A stretch of DNA of 64,000 bases from Candidatus Omnitrophota bacterium (lineage in GTDB: Bacteria > Omnitrophota > Gorgyraeia > Zapsychrales > JAHFFX01). Location: assembly GCA_023247705.1 (NCBI GenBank), contig JAHFFY010000007.1:6934-70933 (forward strand). Reading direction: 5' to 3'. The translations under genes and the position numbers were made by a program. Below the pieces are notes generated by a model that did not search any database, had not been told where the DNA came from, and saw only the letters and a program-made list of their open reading frames with translations. How positions within the stretch are numbered: the stretch's first letter is position 1; each line of letters starts with the position of its first letter. Below, in pieces: positions 1-11,200 of this stretch.

Positions 1-25
1 ATTTGAACAAACACATGACTGAAAA

Positions 26-808
26 TTATTTCTGAAAGATCTCCTTCAAAAACGTCTGCAATTCCTGCCAGGATTTTGCATCGGCCTCGGCGTTATAACC
101 TATATCGAGATTAAATTCTTTGGCGTATTCATCCGCGTCGGGGTTCGTGAAACTATGTTTGGCGCCTTCATAAGTGATAAACTTATAATTGACTTGAGCA
201 TCATCCATTTCCTTCTTAAACGCCGTAATCTGTTCAGGAGAAGAAAACGAATCATCCGCGCCATGACAGACCAATACCTTCGCCTTCACTTCTCCGGGCT
301 GGGCCGGCGTCTGCGTTGCATAGCTCCCATGAAAGCTGGCGACCCCTTTTAAATCAACGCCCAGACGGGCCATATGTAAAACCGTCGCGCCCCCAAAACA
401 ATAACCAATGGCAGCGATTTGCTTTGAATTAACCTTATAATGTTTTTTTAAAATACCCATGGCCGCTTCAAAACGCTCCTTGCCGACCGTATCCATATGC
501 TGCATCACCGCTGAGGAAAATTCTCCGGCCTGATCGGGGTGACCGGCTGTTTTACCGTTCCCATACATATCCACAGCCAAAGCAACATACCCAAGTTCGG
601 CTAACATATCCGCGCGCTTACGAGCATAAGCGTTATGTCCCCACCATTCGTGAACAACGAGGATCCCAGGACGTCTCTCTTTAAAGCTGTCATCATAAAC
701 AAGATAACCTTGGAGGTCTTTTCCGTATTCCACCACTTCTCCCACCAGCTCGGCCTGCGCGTAAGTAGACATCAAAAGAAAAAATATGACCCAAAAAAAA
801 TTTTTCAT
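26..808 (-). CDS. dienelactone hydrolase family protein (secreted alpha/beta hydrolase)
   Basis: 260-aa ORF with N-terminal signal peptide (MKNFFWVIFFLLMSTYAQA); DLH-like HEWWG...GYCFGG region; TAA stop. Confidence 0.75.
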   Translation of the reverse strand: MKNFFWVIFFLLMSTYAQAELVGEVVEYGKDLQGYLVYDDSFKERRPGILVVHEWWGHNAYARKRADMLAELGYVALAVDMYGNGKTAGHPDQAGEFSSAVMQHMDTVGKERFEAAMGILKKHYKVNSKQIAAIGYCFGGATVLHMARLGVDLKGVASFHGSYATQTPAQPGEVKAKVLVCHGADDSFSSPEQITAFKKEMDDAQVNYKFITYEGAKHSFTNPDADEYAKEFNLDIGYNAEADAKSWQELQTFLKEIFQK

Positions 809-954
809 GTTGCCTCACTTTCGTTTTCTTATGAAAAAGACTTGTTACGTTATTTATGAAAAAATTTTCGAGATTAAAAAATAATATCAAGTTGAATTAT
901 TATATCCTTAATCCATTCCACGAGAAGTAAAATTTCTCGCGTGTGGGTATCGCA

Positions 955-1150
955 TGAAAGGAACCAAAACGAAACCCGGGCAGACATTTTGCCGAGGATT
1001 TGTTCTCCTTCACAAAAATAATAATACCGACTCTTTTTGCTGCGGAGGAATTATTCTGCGAGAAAACATTCCTGCGAAGCAAAACTAAGAGATTCTATCC
1101 GTTTTGCGTAGCAGAATAATTCGAAACAAAATTTCTGCCCGGGTTTCCTA
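955..1150. repeat. ~200-bp nested inverted-repeat element downstream of the TonB-receptor gene
   Basis: GAAACCCGGGCAGACATTTTG (about 963-983) matches the reverse complement of CAAAATTTCTGCCCGGGTTTC (about 1128-1148); inner arms GAATTATTCTGC (about 1049-1060) and GCAGAATAATTC (about 1110-1121); the 60-aa ORF 900..1082 inside it is probably spurious. Confidence 0.5.
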
Positions 1151-1167
1151 CGAATTCCCAGACTGTC

Positions 1168-3210
1168 CTAAAATTTAATATTCACCCCCAAATCAAAATT
1201 TCTCCCCGGAGCCGGATAAAAACTTTCAGCGCTAGAAAAGGCCGACTTAGTCACCGTAGTCGAATAAAGTTGATTAAACAAATTATTAATCGCACCATAG
1301 ATCTCGTAATTCGGTTTCTTATACGCGATCTTCGCATCGACCGTAAAATAAGGTTCGACTTTCGGGGCCTCATTCGTCAGATCATTAATGGCAAATTGAG
1401 AACCGACATAATTACCGAATAAAGAAAAATTGTATTCATCCCATAACTGCGTTACGATCCCGCTGCTGACCTGCTGGCGGGGGACCAACGGAATTTGTTT
1501 ATCATCATTAACGCCACCGATAAAAAGCGGTTTCTGATAAGTATAATTGGTCGTGATTTTAAACTTCTTCAAGACATTTCCCTTGATGAATTTTGACAAA
1601 TCCGTTTCCTGTCCGATTTCAACGCCCGCACGCCGCGTCTCGTCATAATTGCTGTTCGTGAAGGTCGTCGGATCAAAAAAGATTTCATCATGGATATCCA
1701 TCAAATACGGCGTCACGCTGATCTGCAAGGCATCGTTGATCGAATGCTTTACCCCGACTTCATACTGAATTCCTTTTTGTTGTTCAAGGGTTGTATCCAA
1801 TGTTCCGGTGAACGAACTGTACCACTCATCGGTCGCCAAAAACCGGAAAGTTCTCTGGACGCTCGCATGAAGATTCGAACCTTTGGCGTATTCATACTTG
1901 AGCCCTCCCATATAAACCAGAACATCCGGATCTTGCTTTTCGTCCACGTTGACGCCGTTTCTCTGGCTGAAGGCATAATCCGCCTTATAATACCGGAGGC
2001 CTCCGTTAATAAAAATATCCGTCAGGGCTTCATATTCCGCAAAACCATAAATACCGATATCACTTCGCGAAACCGTCAGGTCGTCGGAATTAAAGCCGCT
2101 GCCAATAATATTATTCTCCGTGTCATAAAAATCCAGCCCGGTCACGAAATTCACCTCTTTATCAAAAACCGTATGATCAAACATATATTTTGCGGTGATG
2201 CCGGTTGTATTGATCGAACGGCTCGTATCGAATCCGCCGAAACTATCGAAAACATCCCGGTCGCGAAAATACAAATCAAGCGCGAGCGACCCCAGATAAA
2301 GATCTTCCGGCCACGGGGCCACATTGAACCCTAACTTTAAATTTTGGTCCCGGCTGTTGGCAAAATCTTCCGGTCTGGTGCTGGCCCGCGGCCCCATCGC
2401 CGATAGATTGGCACCGCTTAAAGCCCCGGGCAAACCATAATCATCTTTATGATACGAAAATTCGACGTCTCCGGTCATTTTCTTCGATACTTCATAAGCC
2501 AGATGAGTGCTGAAATCTTTGGCCAACACATCACTGTTCTGGCGATAACCGTGATCGTCGTCGTAACTGGAATAAAAAAAATAAGAAAGTTGATTCTTCG
2601 ATCCAGACACTTCCAGATCCGTTCCGCGGGCATCAAAACTTCCCCCGTGAAATCCCACCCGGCCGGAAAGATTTCCTTCTCCTTTTTTTGTAATAATATT
2701 AACAACCCCGCCAACCGCCCGATCGCCGTAAAGAACCGATCCGGCCCCGCGGACAATCTCAATGCGTTCAACAGCGCTTAACGGAATTTGCAATAAATCC
2801 GGAGAGGAAATATCGACCGTATTTAAAACACGGTCATTGACCAAGACCAGAACATTCCTTGACGCTGAGTCGCCAAATCCGCGGATATCCAAAACAGAGG
2901 TCTTATTTGTACTGTTGTTGACGACATGGACATTCAAGGCCTCGGTCAAGATGTCCGGAATACTTCGGGCGTTTGATTCTTCAATATCCTCTGAATCGAT
3001 CACCATCACATTCCCCGTGACCCTATAATCATGTTGGGCCATCCGGCTGGCGGTGATCACAATTCTCCCTAATGGGATGGTATCTTCATCGTCCATTTCG
3101 TTGTCTTGGGCAAAGACAATTCCTGAGCCCGTTGTCAAATTTATTATCAGAGAAAAACTCAACAATAAAAAACCTAATAACTCAATAACCTGAATTCTTG
3201 CTCTTTTCAT
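1168..3210 (-). CDS. TonB-dependent outer-membrane receptor (BtuB-like; downstream of a cobalamin-riboswitch-like leader)
   Basis: 680 aa; signal peptide; TonB-box-like DTIPLGRIVITASR; plug domain (IRGFG..., RIEIVRGAGSVLYGDRAVGGVVNIITK); C-terminal aromatic residue (…NIKF) then TAG stop. Confidence 0.85.
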   Translation of the reverse strand: MKRARIQVIELLGFLLLSFSLIINLTTGSGIVFAQDNEMDDEDTIPLGRIVITASRMAQHDYRVTGNVMVIDSEDIEESNARSIPDILTEALNVHVVNNSTNKTSVLDIRGFGDSASRNVLVLVNDRVLNTVDISSPDLLQIPLSAVERIEIVRGAGSVLYGDRAVGGVVNIITKKGEGNLSGRVGFHGGSFDARGTDLEVSGSKNQLSYFFYSSYDDDHGYRQNSDVLAKDFSTHLAYEVSKKMTGDVEFSYHKDDYGLPGALSGANLSAMGPRASTRPEDFANSRDQNLKLGFNVAPWPEDLYLGSLALDLYFRDRDVFDSFGGFDTSRSINTTGITAKYMFDHTVFDKEVNFVTGLDFYDTENNIIGSGFNSDDLTVSRSDIGIYGFAEYEALTDIFINGGLRYYKADYAFSQRNGVNVDEKQDPDVLVYMGGLKYEYAKGSNLHASVQRTFRFLATDEWYSSFTGTLDTTLEQQKGIQYEVGVKHSINDALQISVTPYLMDIHDEIFFDPTTFTNSNYDETRRAGVEIGQETDLSKFIKGNVLKKFKITTNYTYQKPLFIGGVNDDKQIPLVPRQQVSSGIVTQLWDEYNFSLFGNYVGSQFAINDLTNEAPKVEPYFTVDAKIAYKKPNYEIYGAINNLFNQLYSTTVTKSAFSSAESFYPAPGRNFDLGVNIKF

Positions 3211-3214
3211 TTTC

Positions 3215-3612
3215 CCTCCATAAATAAAAAACTCCCAATCGATCCTACCTCGATTGGGAGTGCACCCAGTTCTCTTCTTCCCAAAATCTATCCTATTGAT
3301 TACTGTCTCTCGCAGTAAAAATAGTTTTAATTATACTGGCAGTATTCTGACTTCTGGACTCACAATCCCCACTGATGTTTGTGACGTTCAGTGGCAAGCC
3401 TACTCCCTAACCTTCTCATCCCTCAATCCGAATAAACGGGACAATGGTGATACCCTGTTTCAGGGCTTTCTCTATTTGATCGTAATGAACATGATCTTAT
3501 AGAATAGGTTTCGTTTCCAGTTACAGCGGCGGGACCGCTCCGTATTCTCAACGGATTTCCTTTCGGACCAAAATGTTCGATGGATATTTTTGCCAGAACA
3601 TTCGGTACCGAA
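3215..3612 (-). promoter_or_regulatory. putative cobalamin (B12) riboswitch with terminator expression platform
   Basis: minus-strand leader begins GGTACCGAA...; core ...GGAAATCCGTTGAGAATACGGAGCGGTCCCGCCGCTGTAAC (about 3520-3560) matches the consensus GGTGAAANTCC...GCNGNCCCGCCACTGTNA with one substitution; B12-box-like AGTCAGAATACTGCC (3337-3352); GCCACTG...CAGTGG hairpin; ends in the terminator hairpin; target is a TonB-dependent receptor. Confidence 0.55.
3224..3260 (-). terminator. intrinsic terminator / attenuator hairpin immediately upstream of the TonB-receptor RBS
   Basis: minus strand CTCCCAATCGA-ggtagga-TCGATTGGGAG followed by TTTTTTATTT, then RBS GGAGGG and ATG at 3210. Confidence 0.6.
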
Positions 3613-3670
3613 TTCCTTTATTGAATAAAAAACTCAATAAACGGAAGCCAATACAAAGAAATATAGTGTA

Positions 3671-4174
3671 TTAAAGAACATGCGCAAAGCGCGTGCCTGC
3701 AAGACGATTTTTGATCGCCTCATAAGCGCTAAAGAAAATAAATGTATAAATCAATGTCGCCAAAAGTTCATTTCTAAAGAACGGCAAAGCCAGGATAAAA
3801 CATTCAGATAAACCGTTCCAACCGAGCGGATATAATCCGGAAACCAACCAGACGCCTAAATTCGTGATAAAGAAAAACAACAAAGAAGAGGCCACGCTGA
3901 CCCAAAAGGTATTTTGAAAATTATTCTTCCCTCGCATTCGGTCGCCTATCCAAGCAATCAACAAAACACTTCCCCAGGTGAAAGGCATTGTTGCATGAAC
4001 ACCCAGAAAAAGATCGCTGACAATTAAAATCAAAACCGGCAATAAGACCGAATATGTTTTCTTAAAATAAATACCACTGAATAAAGCAATGGCAATAATC
4101 GGGGTAAAATTGGGGATATGAATAATAACTCTCGAGAGGAAACCTAAAACTATAAAGACGAATGGAACCATCAA
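3671..4174 (-). CDS. small polytopic membrane protein (possible ECF-type S-component-like), function unknown
   Basis: 167 aa, hydrophobic throughout with about 5 predicted TM segments; TAA stop. Confidence 0.45.
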   Translation of the reverse strand: MMVPFVFIVLGFLSRVIIHIPNFTPIIAIALFSGIYFKKTYSVLLPVLILIVSDLFLGVHATMPFTWGSVLLIAWIGDRMRGKNNFQNTFWVSVASSLLFFFITNLGVWLVSGLYPLGWNGLSECFILALPFFRNELLATLIYTFIFFSAYEAIKNRLAGTRFAHVL

Positions 4175-4333
4175 CGCTCCTATTTTTTAATAAAACAAGT
4201 TCAAAAAAGTCGTAGTTACTATATCACGAAAATATTTTTCGTCAAATTTTTAATTGGGTTCATGTGAAACGCAAAACGGCAGGGCCCATTGCAAAATCCG
4301 GGTTCAAGGTATCCCTTGTAGCAAAAATATAAT

Positions 4334-4359
4334 GGGGACGGTTATGAATAACCGTCCCC
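4334..4359 (-). terminator. intrinsic terminator hairpin after ORF 4414..4983
   Basis: GGGGACGGTTAT..ATAACCGTCCCC perfect stem followed on the minus strand by ATTATATTTTTGC. Confidence 0.5.
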
Positions 4360-4413
4360 ATTATATTCAAAATTACTGACCTATCCAGCAAGCCTCATAA
4401 TTCGATATCGCTG

Positions 4414-4983
4414 TTATTTACTCTCTTCGGTCTTGGGGGCGTTCATGATCGAAGATCCAGCACCTGCGGCGGCTCCTGCTCCCGCAGGCACGCGATTATT
4501 GTTCGCGTCATAAGAATAACGCTCGTGATCGTTGACCTTATGAATTTGAACATTAATCACCAATACAATGCCGCCCTGATCAGCCAAATCAAAATCCAGA
4601 TCCACGCTATCACCAGTTGTTGTGTCTTTGAAAATAGCACAAGCGAAGTAACTCGTCTCCGTTTTTCCAACTTTGTCCTGGACTGTTGCCAAAGTTAACT
4701 TGCGAACACTTCCTGTTCCCGTATCTTCAATTGGTAACGTTCCTTCTTCTGATTTTGCCTTAATATAATTATCAATCGCGACCTTGACAGCATCTATGGA
4801 TGGTGCTGGCATTTCCATAGCGGTACCGTCGCCCCCCGTTCCCATATCAGGCATCGGCGGCGTCATCAGCGCCGATGGGACAGCCCCACTAGCGCCTTGA
4901 TCAGCCGATTCTGCAGCAAAACCAACGGACGCTATTCCGATAGCAAACATCAATGCAATCATCGCCATAACTAACTTTCTCAT
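4414..4983 (-). CDS. secreted hypothetical protein (Ala/Gly/Asp-rich)
   Basis: 189 aa; signal peptide MRKLVMAMIALMFAIGIASVGFA; low-complexity C-terminus; no recognisable family. Confidence 0.45.
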   Translation of the reverse strand: MRKLVMAMIALMFAIGIASVGFAAESADQGASGAVPSALMTPPMPDMGTGGDGTAMEMPAPSIDAVKVAIDNYIKAKSEEGTLPIEDTGTGSVRKLTLATVQDKVGKTETSYFACAIFKDTTTGDSVDLDFDLADQGGIVLVINVQIHKVNDHERYSYDANNNRVPAGAGAAAGAGSSIMNAPKTEESK

Positions 4984-5145
4984 TCAATAATCCTCCTTCT
5001 CTTTAATTGCTTCAAGAGACTAAAATCTAAATAATAGATAAATTTTTTAAAAATGAATTTTTAATTCTCAATCAAAGAATCGAAGATTAGATTTTCACCC
5101 CCTTCCATTTCATCTGATCTTTCTCAATCCCCTATGCAAACAAAA

Positions 5146-5161
5146 GGCCTCTTAAGAGGCC
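5146..5161 (-). terminator. intrinsic terminator of the giant ORF
   Basis: perfect palindrome GGCCTCTTAAGAGGCC about 100 nt past the stop, followed on the minus strand by TTTTGTTTGC. Confidence 0.55.
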
Positions 5162-5263
5162 AATACATTCAATTCATTATGCTTTTTATTGTATGTTGTC
5201 AGTTTAATTTATCAAGAAAAAAAGAGGTTTTTTTGATTCTGAGCATCATCAATGCCAAAAATA

Positions 5264-8200
5264 TTATCGCGCAGAATAACTCAATTGTTCTCGTGCTGGC
5301 TGGCTGAGCCCGAGTAAAAACGGGAGATCTGTCACCGGAGTAATCTGCAGGATCACGGGGGTCAACCCGTTTATGGGGATGATTTCTAAATTTTGTTCAT
5401 TAGGCACAGCAGCGCCATCTGTTCCCTGGCCTTGAACCTGAAGGTTAAAATGAGCAGGATTCAAATCAATACCACCGGGGGGAGATCGTTTGTTTTGTCC
5501 AGCCATATCCATTATCGAACCGCGCTGATCCGGCCGATGATCCAAGCCTATCGATTTGGCGGCTTGCGAAATAGCGTGGACAGGCATCCGTCCGGCCACG
5601 TTCGCTAAAGGAAGCTGCATCTCCAAATTGGTGAGGAATCGCTCATTCAAATCATCCGACGACTTCAACAATGCCCTATCCGCCCCTTGATACGCTTCTT
5701 CTTCCCAGTCACTGCTATTCGTCAGCCAGATGGCGGCCATGTATTTCATCGATTCGGCAAATGTCCCGACACGATCATGGGTAAAATTGCTCAAATGCAC
5801 AGGCAAGCCGGTCGTCCACAAATCAGAAGATACAAAAAAATCGACCATATACTGTTCCAGTAAGTGGGCTAGTTCGTGATCGATTGTATTGGTAGCTTCA
5901 TCCAGAATAGATAACCTCGGATCACTGCGTCCTATATGGCTGGCGAGCCCTCTTCGCAAAAACATCGTCTTTCGATTTTCATAAGTACTAAACGCGCCTT
6001 CAAAAAAAACACGATTGTCCGTCAGTAAGACACGTTCGATTCCGACCAGTTTCCCCGGCTGCAAGGCCGAAGCAATCAATTCTTTCTCCAAATTCGTGTA
6101 TTCATCCGGGTTGACCAGATAGGCGGCAGGATTTTTCATTTGTTCATGACCGGTTTCAATGCCACTCGCTTGTCTTAATATCTCTTGATATCCCGCGATC
6201 GTCCTGACATCCGGGATATCCGCCCTGTTCACTCTTAAGCCAATATCTTCCAGCATCTCAATATTCCGTCGGGCTAAATCCCGGCCTTGTCTATTCCTGT
6301 CCAATTCCTCTTGAATCGCGATGCGTTCCAGCAAAAGACTGGTCGTCTTGCCTTGAACCGGGGCCTTTAACATCAGAATCAATTTGAGAACTTTCTTCTC
6401 ATAATCCAACCCCGGCTGAGAAGAAATCAAATTTAATAATTCCTGGGGTGTGATCTCATTATATTGACCGTCGTTAATCCGCTGGGCCAGGCGAACAACC
6501 GGGGCATCGTTAAAATCAATACTTTTCCAATAATGATCGTTCGATCTCCATTCCGTCGGAAAATTTAAAAATGTAAACTGGGGATCTGTCTCGCTCAAGG
6601 TCTTTTGAGCGATTAATTTAAAAAGTTCAATGGCCACATATTTCTGGACATACGGGAGATAATAGGTATCGCCGTGTTCAAAGTCGCTTCTTCCTCTAAT
6701 CATCGGAAGTGGGATCTGGAGATTGAGCCCCAGCTCTTTGATATGTCGCCGTAATCCAGGTGGAACCAATTTAAGGTAAGGCTCCGGAATCTCCGACACT
6801 CTCAACCCAACGCGATCTACCACCTGTAACGGCATGTCCTTGGTGGCAATGAGCCTGAACTGACCAAAGGTTGTCATCTGGGCATCCCCGAATCGAGGGA
6901 TTGTAAAATCAATCTCACTCACGACCTTACTGTCCACGTTTAATTGCCGTAACCGTCGAACGTTATCGGTATAATTGACGAAATAGATCTTGAAATCATC
7001 CGTCTGGGCCAAGCCGGTAAATATTTTCCATGTCCGCTGGGAGAGCATCTGGTCCAATTCGGGGATTGTATTTTCCTCTGCTTTAACCCTGCGAACAGTC
7101 ACGCCTTCCCGGATGTTGGGATTAGTGATCTTGCGCATACGGACCAATTTAAAATCGATAAAATTTCCATTCTCATCTTTGATGACATCTACGACAAACA
7201 TATAACGGCGAATACCGTTATTGTTGATCAACTCCAGCCGGTCGACCCCTTCGAAGGTGGTCAAACCTCCCGTCCCAAAAAAACCGGTCGTCCCTTGCTG
7301 TGCGCCGAACTCTTTAGTTGATTTACGGGCGACCCACATGGCAAATTCCTGCAACAACCCCGTCCCGTCATCCGCAATCTCCTCAACAAATTCCCTTTTG
7401 CCGGTCTCTTGATTGGTCCGCAGGTAATAACTGATCTCTAATTTTGAGGCACGGGCATCTTTACTGTTTTGAGTCAATTCCGCTGTGTAGGCGCCGGATT
7501 CCCGTTGGACTTTGCTATCCCGGACCAAATCCATTTGGGCGTTCTGGGGCGCGCCGGGCAATTGATGACGATGTTCGATAAAATAATCGACATCCATAAC
7601 GATCTTCCTCGCTTCCTGCAAGACCCGGTAGACCGCGGATTGATAGGGCATAAACCGGTACTGCAAGACCACGTCGGATTCTTTTTCCAATTTCTTGATG
7701 ACCTTGCTTTGAGTCTCATCAATATACCCGCGGGCCACCAAATCCTGCCAAAGTCCGTCCACATCCTCGACACCGATTTTGCTGAAACTTTTTTTCACAA
7801 TATTGCCGTACTGATCGTCCTTGGGGCGCCGCTCCTCTTCCTCCGCGATCCGGGCTAAACTGGTCCCTCCCCGCTCAAGATCAACATCTTCACCCTCCGG
7901 AAGAAACATAGCTTTCTCTTCCGAAGATTCTTCCCGGACCTGATCTCCGTCACTGGTCAAAAAGCTGGCAAAAGATCTCGCATCGCCCAAGGCGCGTGTT
8001 GAATCCGGATGATTGATGAAATCTGTCAAATCGGCCAATTCAACCGACGCAAAAGAAGTCAGCCATTTCGCAAGAAACCGTTCCATCGTCTGCGGCCTGG
8101 CCCGTAAAATCTTATCCAACTGTTTATTCATCGTCTCGATGTTCTGCGGCCCTTTATCCGCGACAAAAAAGAGAAAATCCAAAATCTTTTTCAAATCAAC

Positions 8201-11200
8201 CAACTTCATCTGTTTATTCGTGATCTGGTTTAACCGGTCAATCAATTCTCCGAACTTAGGGATCAAAGATAATTGTTCCTGGCTGCCGACTTTAAATCCG
8301 TATCCCAGCAATTCAAAAAGATAACGATACAAAACCTCTTCACCTAATTCAGAATCTTTAACCAACTTTTCCATCACGGTCTCGAAAGACAAATCCCAAT
8401 GAACGGCTAATTCAAATAGCCCGCTGAACAGGTTGACATAAAAATCCCGCTGATAACTATATTCTTCTTTACGGATGAAGTCCCTGATCGTCGTGTTGTT
8501 AAGAAACCCGTCCAGAAAAATTTTCAACCGGGCCATCCGTCCGGCAAACCGGTCGAAAGGCAACGACGCCGTCGCATCGAAATCCTTTCCTTCTCTGACC
8601 GCTCGTTCAAAACGCGCCCGGACCTCCCGGAGTTGGGCCCGGTACAGTTCATCAAACAGAGGCGCTAGTCTCCGGTTAATCTCTCCCCGGGCGTTATATT
8701 CGCCGTAACCGGAATTGATTAATTCCAGGATGGGTTGATAAATCGATTGAACCCGCTTGACCCAAGCCTCTCTTCGTGTGACCACCTCTTGATTCCATTT
8801 CACGCGCGTTCCCGCATCCTGCTGCGCGGGGATCCCTTGCGTAACCTTGGCGTTGACGATCGTCTTGGGATCAAAATATTTTGTCTCCCCCGTGTCCGCA
8901 TTATGCAAAACAAAATAATCCCCGTTCACATCCACCACGGCAAAACCGGCCGGGATACCGCCGAGCAAAGGATATTGTTTTTCTGCGGAATCAATCAGCA
9001 TCCAAAAGCCTTTAATCGGACCGCCCCCTGTCCCTTGAATAGTAAAAATCTGTTGGCCCAGAAGATAAGTCTTGCTTTGATTCACAAAGGTTAAATGTGG
9101 ATCAAAATCGAACGCCTGATTGCCCACTTTGACTTTGGAAATTCCTTCTTTGGAATTAAAATACCGGACGTTCCCTCCTTTTAAAGAACTCACGGCGCTG
9201 TGTTCTGGAATTGATTCTAAAAGCGTCGAGCCCATGAAATCGTTTCCAGTCTTTAAATCATAAATACCTGCCCCAGACATGAGACTTCGACCGTTACCCG
9301 AATCAAACCGATTAAAAACCATCACATCGGTCCCCGACAACCGGATGCTATCTCGTCCCTTATTAAATGGTGTTTCATCGTCGTATTTCAAAGAATCTCT
9401 CATCCCGGCGGGCCAGGTCGCCGGAACGCCTTGAGACGTCCGGTCCCAGATGGTTTTTTGCTGAGTATCGTAATTTTCCCAATAACGCGGCAAATCCTCC
9501 GGGGCAACCGGAAGCGAAGGCAATGCCTTTCCTGTCTTTCTATCAAAAGAATGAATTAATCCCGAGGCCACCATCACGTAAATATATTTTTGATCAGAGG
9601 AGATCCTGACCTCATTCAGATTCACAAAAATATTAGCCTGCTGATTGTCCTTCAGATTGACCACATATAATGAAGGGACCAGATTGCCTGAAGATGGTGT
9701 TTCAACTTTGCCCACCAGGATCGTTCCGGAGGAGTCAACTTCAACATGCTTGGTATCCCCCCATCCCACATAATCCTTTGTGAACAAATTAAGGAGACTA
9801 TACCCCGCATTGGTTTTTATAACAACCACATCGGCATTATCAAGCACGGTATATTCTTTATTGATCAAATCCGTAAGAATGATCTTAGGCGTCGGATGAG
9901 GATCATCATGATCATAATAAACCAGCTGGCCGGTTTCGGTACGGTGCACGGTGAATCTTCCCGACGGCGAAAGATGGATTTCTTGACTATTCGGCTCACC
10001 GGCTTTTAAATTGGGGTAACGGTTGGCATCGGAATCGATCGCGTTGATCCGCTTTAAAGTCAAAAGATCAACCACAAATTGATGGACACCATCTGTCAGC
10101 ACGGCCAGATGATCGTTATAAGTCAGCAACGTTTGATTCAACGATTTTAAATCATACCGGGCCAAGACCGGATCAGCCATCCGGATGATCTCGATCACTT
10201 GGCCGTTCTGATCGTAAGCCAAAAAAGTATCGGAATTAAGTCGAACATAGTTGACGATATCAGGATGACGCGCGGTGAGATTTCCCTGATTGTCCTTCAA
10301 GGCCGGGATCCCCTGATCATCCCACTCGATCGTCCAGCGATAAGGGGCATCATTTGGTTTGACGTCGTCTAACGTCAACTGCATCGTGGGAAAAATCTGG
10401 GTTGCCCCCGATCCGGCTTTGACGAAAATCGGATTCTCCGGTGCGCTTGGGTTAACATAATAAAGATCGCCGGTTTGCGGGTTAATCAGGAGAAAATAGG
10501 TCCCATCGAATAAAATCTGCGTGTAAATATCCGGAGAAACACCTGGAATCATTTTGATATCATTTAATTGAGCCAGCGATTGGAAGTTATAAGTCCCTAC
10601 GGATGTATCATGAATGACACGATACGTCGCGGGAACCGCGTCAATAGCCCCCTGAATGATCGTAGCAACTGTCGGATGACCGTTAAACCATCCTTGTTGG
10701 ACCACCTCTCCCTTAGGGGTACGAAAAACAATCAAACCGGGATTAGCATTGTACCCGGCAATTTCGTCGGAGACCGAAACTGTAAATGCATAACCGTTCA
10801 CCGGATCAATTGCATTGGAATTATTCGGATACCTGTGGTCAATGATCAGGCCTAAAGTCCGATCGAAATAAATGCCGCGTTGATTCAAATGCTGTAATGG
10901 AGATGCATTCACAAAGTCCAAAAACAGAGGCGGGAAGATCTGCTGATTTGGGTCGGCGCCAACTTGGCCGTTGATTCCGCCCAGGGTTATACCGAAGGCC
11001 GTATAATATTCTAAATGGATGCCAGTTAAACTTTTTTGCCACGGAGTCAGATTTCCGTCCTGATCTAATTCATATAAATCTCCCGAATCTGATGTTAAAC
11101 GAAAATAGACTTCATCTCCTTTGTAAATGGTAGAAATTTCAGCAATCCGAACGCCATAATCAGCCCTTTTCTTGACCTCTTTACTCTTATGAAAAAAGAT

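Noticed and set aside
900-1082. 60-aa ORF within the 955-1150 inverted repeat
   Set aside because: It lies entirely inside the palindromic element, and there is no RBS.
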